This document shows, one piece after another, positions 27,201-29,731 of a stretch of DNA of 29,731 nt. Source of the stretch: a virus (taxonomy: Duplodnaviria > Caudoviricetes); the IMG/VR virus record IMGVR_UViG_3300017767_000074, positions 1 to 29,731 of that record; one strand, given 5' to 3'. The position numbers and the translations under genes are program-made. The notes beneath the pieces were generated by a model. It searched no databases. It worked only from the letters and a program-made list of their open reading frames with translations, and was not told the origin of the DNA. The first letter of the stretch is position 1; each line of letters begins with the position of its first letter.

Positions 27201-28712
27201 ATGTTTACTGTAGAAAAGATAGATGAATCGGTTATTCGATTAGACAGCGACGACAGTGGCGCACTAATGGATTTGGCCGAGGCGTTTACTTTCTACGTGG
27301 ACGGGTATAAATTCATGCCCGCATATCGCAACAAAATTTGGGACGGTAAGATTCGTCTTTACGATGCTCGGCGAAGAACCCTTCCTTATGGCTTGCTTTA
27401 CAAGTCTTTGCAGTTTATATCCGAACGTGGCTATGAAGTTAAACTTGATCCCGATTTAAAGCCTAAAGACGCACCAGAAAAGGAAGAGCTTTTAGAGTTT
27501 ATTAACTCGCTTGACATTAGAACTGGTGGTAAAAAGATTGAGCCAAGGGATTACCAAGTTGAAGCGTTTATCAGATCCATAACTCAAAGGCGGTCACTTA
27601 TCATTAGTCCAACAGGCTCAGGAAAAAGTCTTATCATTTATTTAATGATTCGATATTTCTTGGAAAACTACAAGAACAGAGCGCTGATTATTGTTCCAAC
27701 CACTTCGCTGGTAGAACAAATGAAAAAGGACTTTGCCGATTATAGTTCTCACGATCCAGAGTTTGACGCAGATGTATTATGTCACCAGATTTATTCAGGT
27801 AAAGAAAAGCACAATTTTGAAGCTAATGTTGTTATTACCACCTGGCAAAGTGCTATTAAGTGTGGGAAAGGTTGGTTCAGTCAGTATGGTATGGTGGTAG
27901 GGGATGAGGCTCATTTGTTTAAAGCCAAAAGCCTTAATACTATAATGAATAATTTGTCAGGTGCTGGATATAGAATTGGTACAACAGGTACGTTGGATGG
28001 AAGCCAGTGTAACGAACTTGTTCTTATCGGAAACTTTGGTCCTATACACAAAGTAATTACTACCAAGAACCTTATTGATAATGACACACTTGCAAATCTT
28101 AAGATTCAGTGTATAGTTTTAAAACACGATGATGTATTGAGAAAGGCCGTGGCTAAGATGAATTATCAAGCGGAGATCGCGACCATTGTTGAACATCCAC
28201 TGCGTAACGAATTCATATCAAAGTTAGCATTAACACAAAAGGGAAATACTCTTGTGATATTTAATCTTGTTAAGAAACACGGTAAGCCACTTTATAATAT
28301 GATAAAAGAAATGGCTGATGATGATAGAAAAATCTTTTATGTTAGTGGAGAAGTGAACGCCACCGAAAGAGAAACAATCCGTGAAATTACTGAGTCCGAA
28401 AAAGATGCGATTATTGTTGCTTCTGCCGGAACCTTCAGCACAGGCATTAATATTAAGAACCTTCACAACATTGTATTTGCGGCTCCAACAAAAAGTCAAA
28501 TCAGAGTGCTGCAAAGTATTGGGCGAGGACTACGAAAGTCGGATGACGGCCAAGGTACTACAATTTACGATATATCCGATAACCTTTCTTGGCGTAAAAG
28601 AAAGAACTATACCATGAAACACGCACAAGAAAGAATTGAGATATATACTAGAGAAGGGTTTAATTATAAAGTTTTTGAAATTCAAATGAATATGCCTGAT
28701 GACACCAAGTGA
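27201..28712 (+). CDS. uvsW: SF2 DNA helicase UvsW
   Basis: ATG 27201 preferred; KFMPAYRNKIWDGKIRL, SPTGSGKS, DEAH, GTTGTL, FSTGINIKNLHN, LQSIGRGLR. Confidence 0.96.
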   Translation: MFTVEKIDESVIRLDSDDSGALMDLAEAFTFYVDGYKFMPAYRNKIWDGKIRLYDARRRTLPYGLLYKSLQFISERGYEVKLDPDLKPKDAPEKEELLEFINSLDIRTGGKKIEPRDYQVEAFIRSITQRRSLIISPTGSGKSLIIYLMIRYFLENYKNRALIIVPTTSLVEQMKKDFADYSSHDPEFDADVLCHQIYSGKEKHNFEANVVITTWQSAIKCGKGWFSQYGMVVGDEAHLFKAKSLNTIMNNLSGAGYRIGTTGTLDGSQCNELVLIGNFGPIHKVITTKNLIDNDTLANLKIQCIVLKHDDVLRKAVAKMNYQAEIATIVEHPLRNEFISKLALTQKGNTLVIFNLVKKHGKPLYNMIKEMADDDRKIFYVSGEVNATERETIREITESEKDAIIVASAGTFSTGINIKNLHNIVFAAPTKSQIRVLQSIGRGLRKSDDGQGTTIYDISDNLSWRKRKNYTMKHAQERIEIYTREGFNYKVFEIQMNMPDDTK

Positions 28713-29010
28713 CGATTATCTTGACTATCTTAACAGCGTTGATATTCGTGCTATCACGACAACTGCTGGTCGCTGTATTGTCGGCGAGTATCACGGCAGT
28801 GACGAACATGGTTTGTTCCTGCTTAATGGATTTGTATTTGAACCCTTTGGTATTGAACCACTTTATCCTTTCAGCTTTAATGTTCCTTTCCTGATTCTTG
28901 ATGAACGAATTGAATCAGAAATGGTTGCTGGAATTGCCTTGAAGAAACAGTATTATGATCAGTATACTGACTACAAGATCAAGATGTTCGAGGATGATAC
29001 CCTGAATTAA
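28699..29010 (+). CDS. Hypothetical protein (possibly Sm-like fold)
   Basis: 103-aa ORF at the position between uvsW and gp55 usually held by a small beta-rich protein. Confidence 0.6.
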   Translation: MTPSDDYLDYLNSVDIRAITTTAGRCIVGEYHGSDEHGLFLLNGFVFEPFGIEPLYPFSFNVPFLILDERIESEMVAGIALKKQYYDQYTDYKIKMFEDDTLN

Positions 29011-29041
29011 CTTCAGTGGTTTTTAAAATCTTGATAAGATT

Positions 29042-29070
29042 ATTATACCAAATTCGTTTATACCTGTAAA
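29042..29070 (-). promoter_or_regulatory. Antisense sigma70-type promoter TTTACA-N17-(TGg)TATAAT
   Basis: The + strand reads ATTATA(29042-47)-17 nt-TGTAAA(29065-70); same architecture as 15128-15156. Confidence 0.65.
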
Positions 29071-29114
29071 GGATAAAATGAAAAAAGTTATAAAATAATT
29101 AAATCAGATTTTTA

Positions 29115-29143
29115 TTTACTTTATTCAATTTTTATAGTATAAT
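29115..29143 (+). promoter_or_regulatory. sigma70-type promoter for gp55, TTTACT-N17-TATAAT
   Basis: TTTACT 29115-20 and TATAAT 29138-43; ATG follows after 6 nt. Confidence 0.75.
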
Positions 29144-29149
29144 AGTAGT

Positions 29150-29731
29150 ATGCCAGAGCCAAAAAAGAAGCGTACACGACGGAGAAAGGACTCTGTTGAC
29201 TACGTTAATAACAAAGAATTCGGAGAAGCCGTGGCGGAGCACGTCCGAGGAGTAAAAGAAGACGAAGCCAAAGGTGAAGAGCCTCGACCGATTACTGATT
29301 ATGTTGGTCTGTGTCTTTATAAAATCGCAAACGGTTTATCCCGTAGTCCCAACTTTATTAACTATACCTACAGAGAGGATATGGTTATGGACGCTGTAGA
29401 AAACTGCGTTAAGGTGATTAACAATTTTGATATTAACAAACCAACAAGAACCGGAGTGCCAAACGCTTTTAGTTACTTTACTCAAATCAGTTACTTTTGT
29501 TTCCTTCGCCGTATTGCAAAAGAAAAGCGCCAAACTGAAATCAAGCAAAGAATTATCGACAACACTTCGATTGATGCTTTTGCCGAGTTTGGTACTGATG
29601 ATATTAATGCTATTGGAGAATCAATTGTTGAAAGAATGCGTCACCGCAATGGGATGTGGGACGATGATTGCTGGGTCGATCAAGATGAAGATAAACCCCC
29701 ACCAAAGAAAAAGAAGCGGGGTCGTCCAGCA
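29150..29731 (+). CDS. gp55: Late-transcription sigma factor gp55, 3'-truncated by the window edge
   Basis: Hand translation: MPEPKKKRTRRRKDSVDYVNNKEF...ITDYVGLCLYKIANGLSRSPNFINYTYREDMVMDAVENC...NAFSYFTQISYFCFLRRIAKEKRQ. Absent from the ORF track because there is no stop in the window. Confidence 0.95.
   Translation, partial: MPEPKKKRTRRRKDSVDYVNNKEFGEAVAEHVRGVKEDEAKGEEPRPITDYVGLCLYKIANGLSRSPNFINYTYREDMVMDAVENCVKVINNFDINKPTRTGVPNAFSYFTQISYFCFLRRIAKEKRQTEIKQRIIDNTSIDAFAEFGTDDINAIGESIVERMRHRNGMWDDDCWVDQDEDKPPPKKKKRGRPA

Noticed and set aside
16853-27620. SP dipeptides in VSPGV and WFSPAG (gp18), ISP (gp17) and SPTGSGKS (UvsW) as part of the DSP signal
   Set aside because: These belong to conserved family motifs and were excluded from the motif argument.
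488-29548. The many short minus-strand and alternate-frame ORFs in the track (e.g. 7222-7437, 23427-23990, 25084-25608)
   Set aside because: All lie within well-supported + strand genes and are explained as shadows of codon bias or low-complexity sequence. None has recognisable motifs.

Overview
This window is the virion morphogenesis region of a large T4-like myophage, with a gene order typical of marine and environmental T4-like phages. All real genes are on the + strand. In order: the 3' part of a DUF4815/VrlC-like virion protein (interrupted by an in-frame TAA), a small conserved protein, a 1402-aa fibre, a collagen-repeat fibre, and an accessory cassette (GT4 glycosyltransferase, sulfotransferase-like P-loop protein, helical unknown). 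Two membrane proteins follow, then gp13, gp14, two tandem gp15 paralogues, gp16, gp17, gp18, gp19, gp20, three prohead-core/internal proteins, gp21, gp22, gp23, gp3, uvsY, uvsW, a small ORF and the start of gp55. The most unusual signal is a recurring Ser-Pro motif (mostly D-S-P, also N/G/E-S-P) in variable loops of capsid, sheath, neck, tail terminator and fibre proteins, next to the glycosyltransferase/sulfotransferase cassette. This suggests a phage-encoded, sequon-directed virion modification system (inference, not demonstrated). Also notable: the in-frame stop, the gp15 duplication, late promoters placed to give leaderless mRNAs, and two matching antisense sigma70-type promoters. All family calls come from motif recognition and synteny; no database searches were run.
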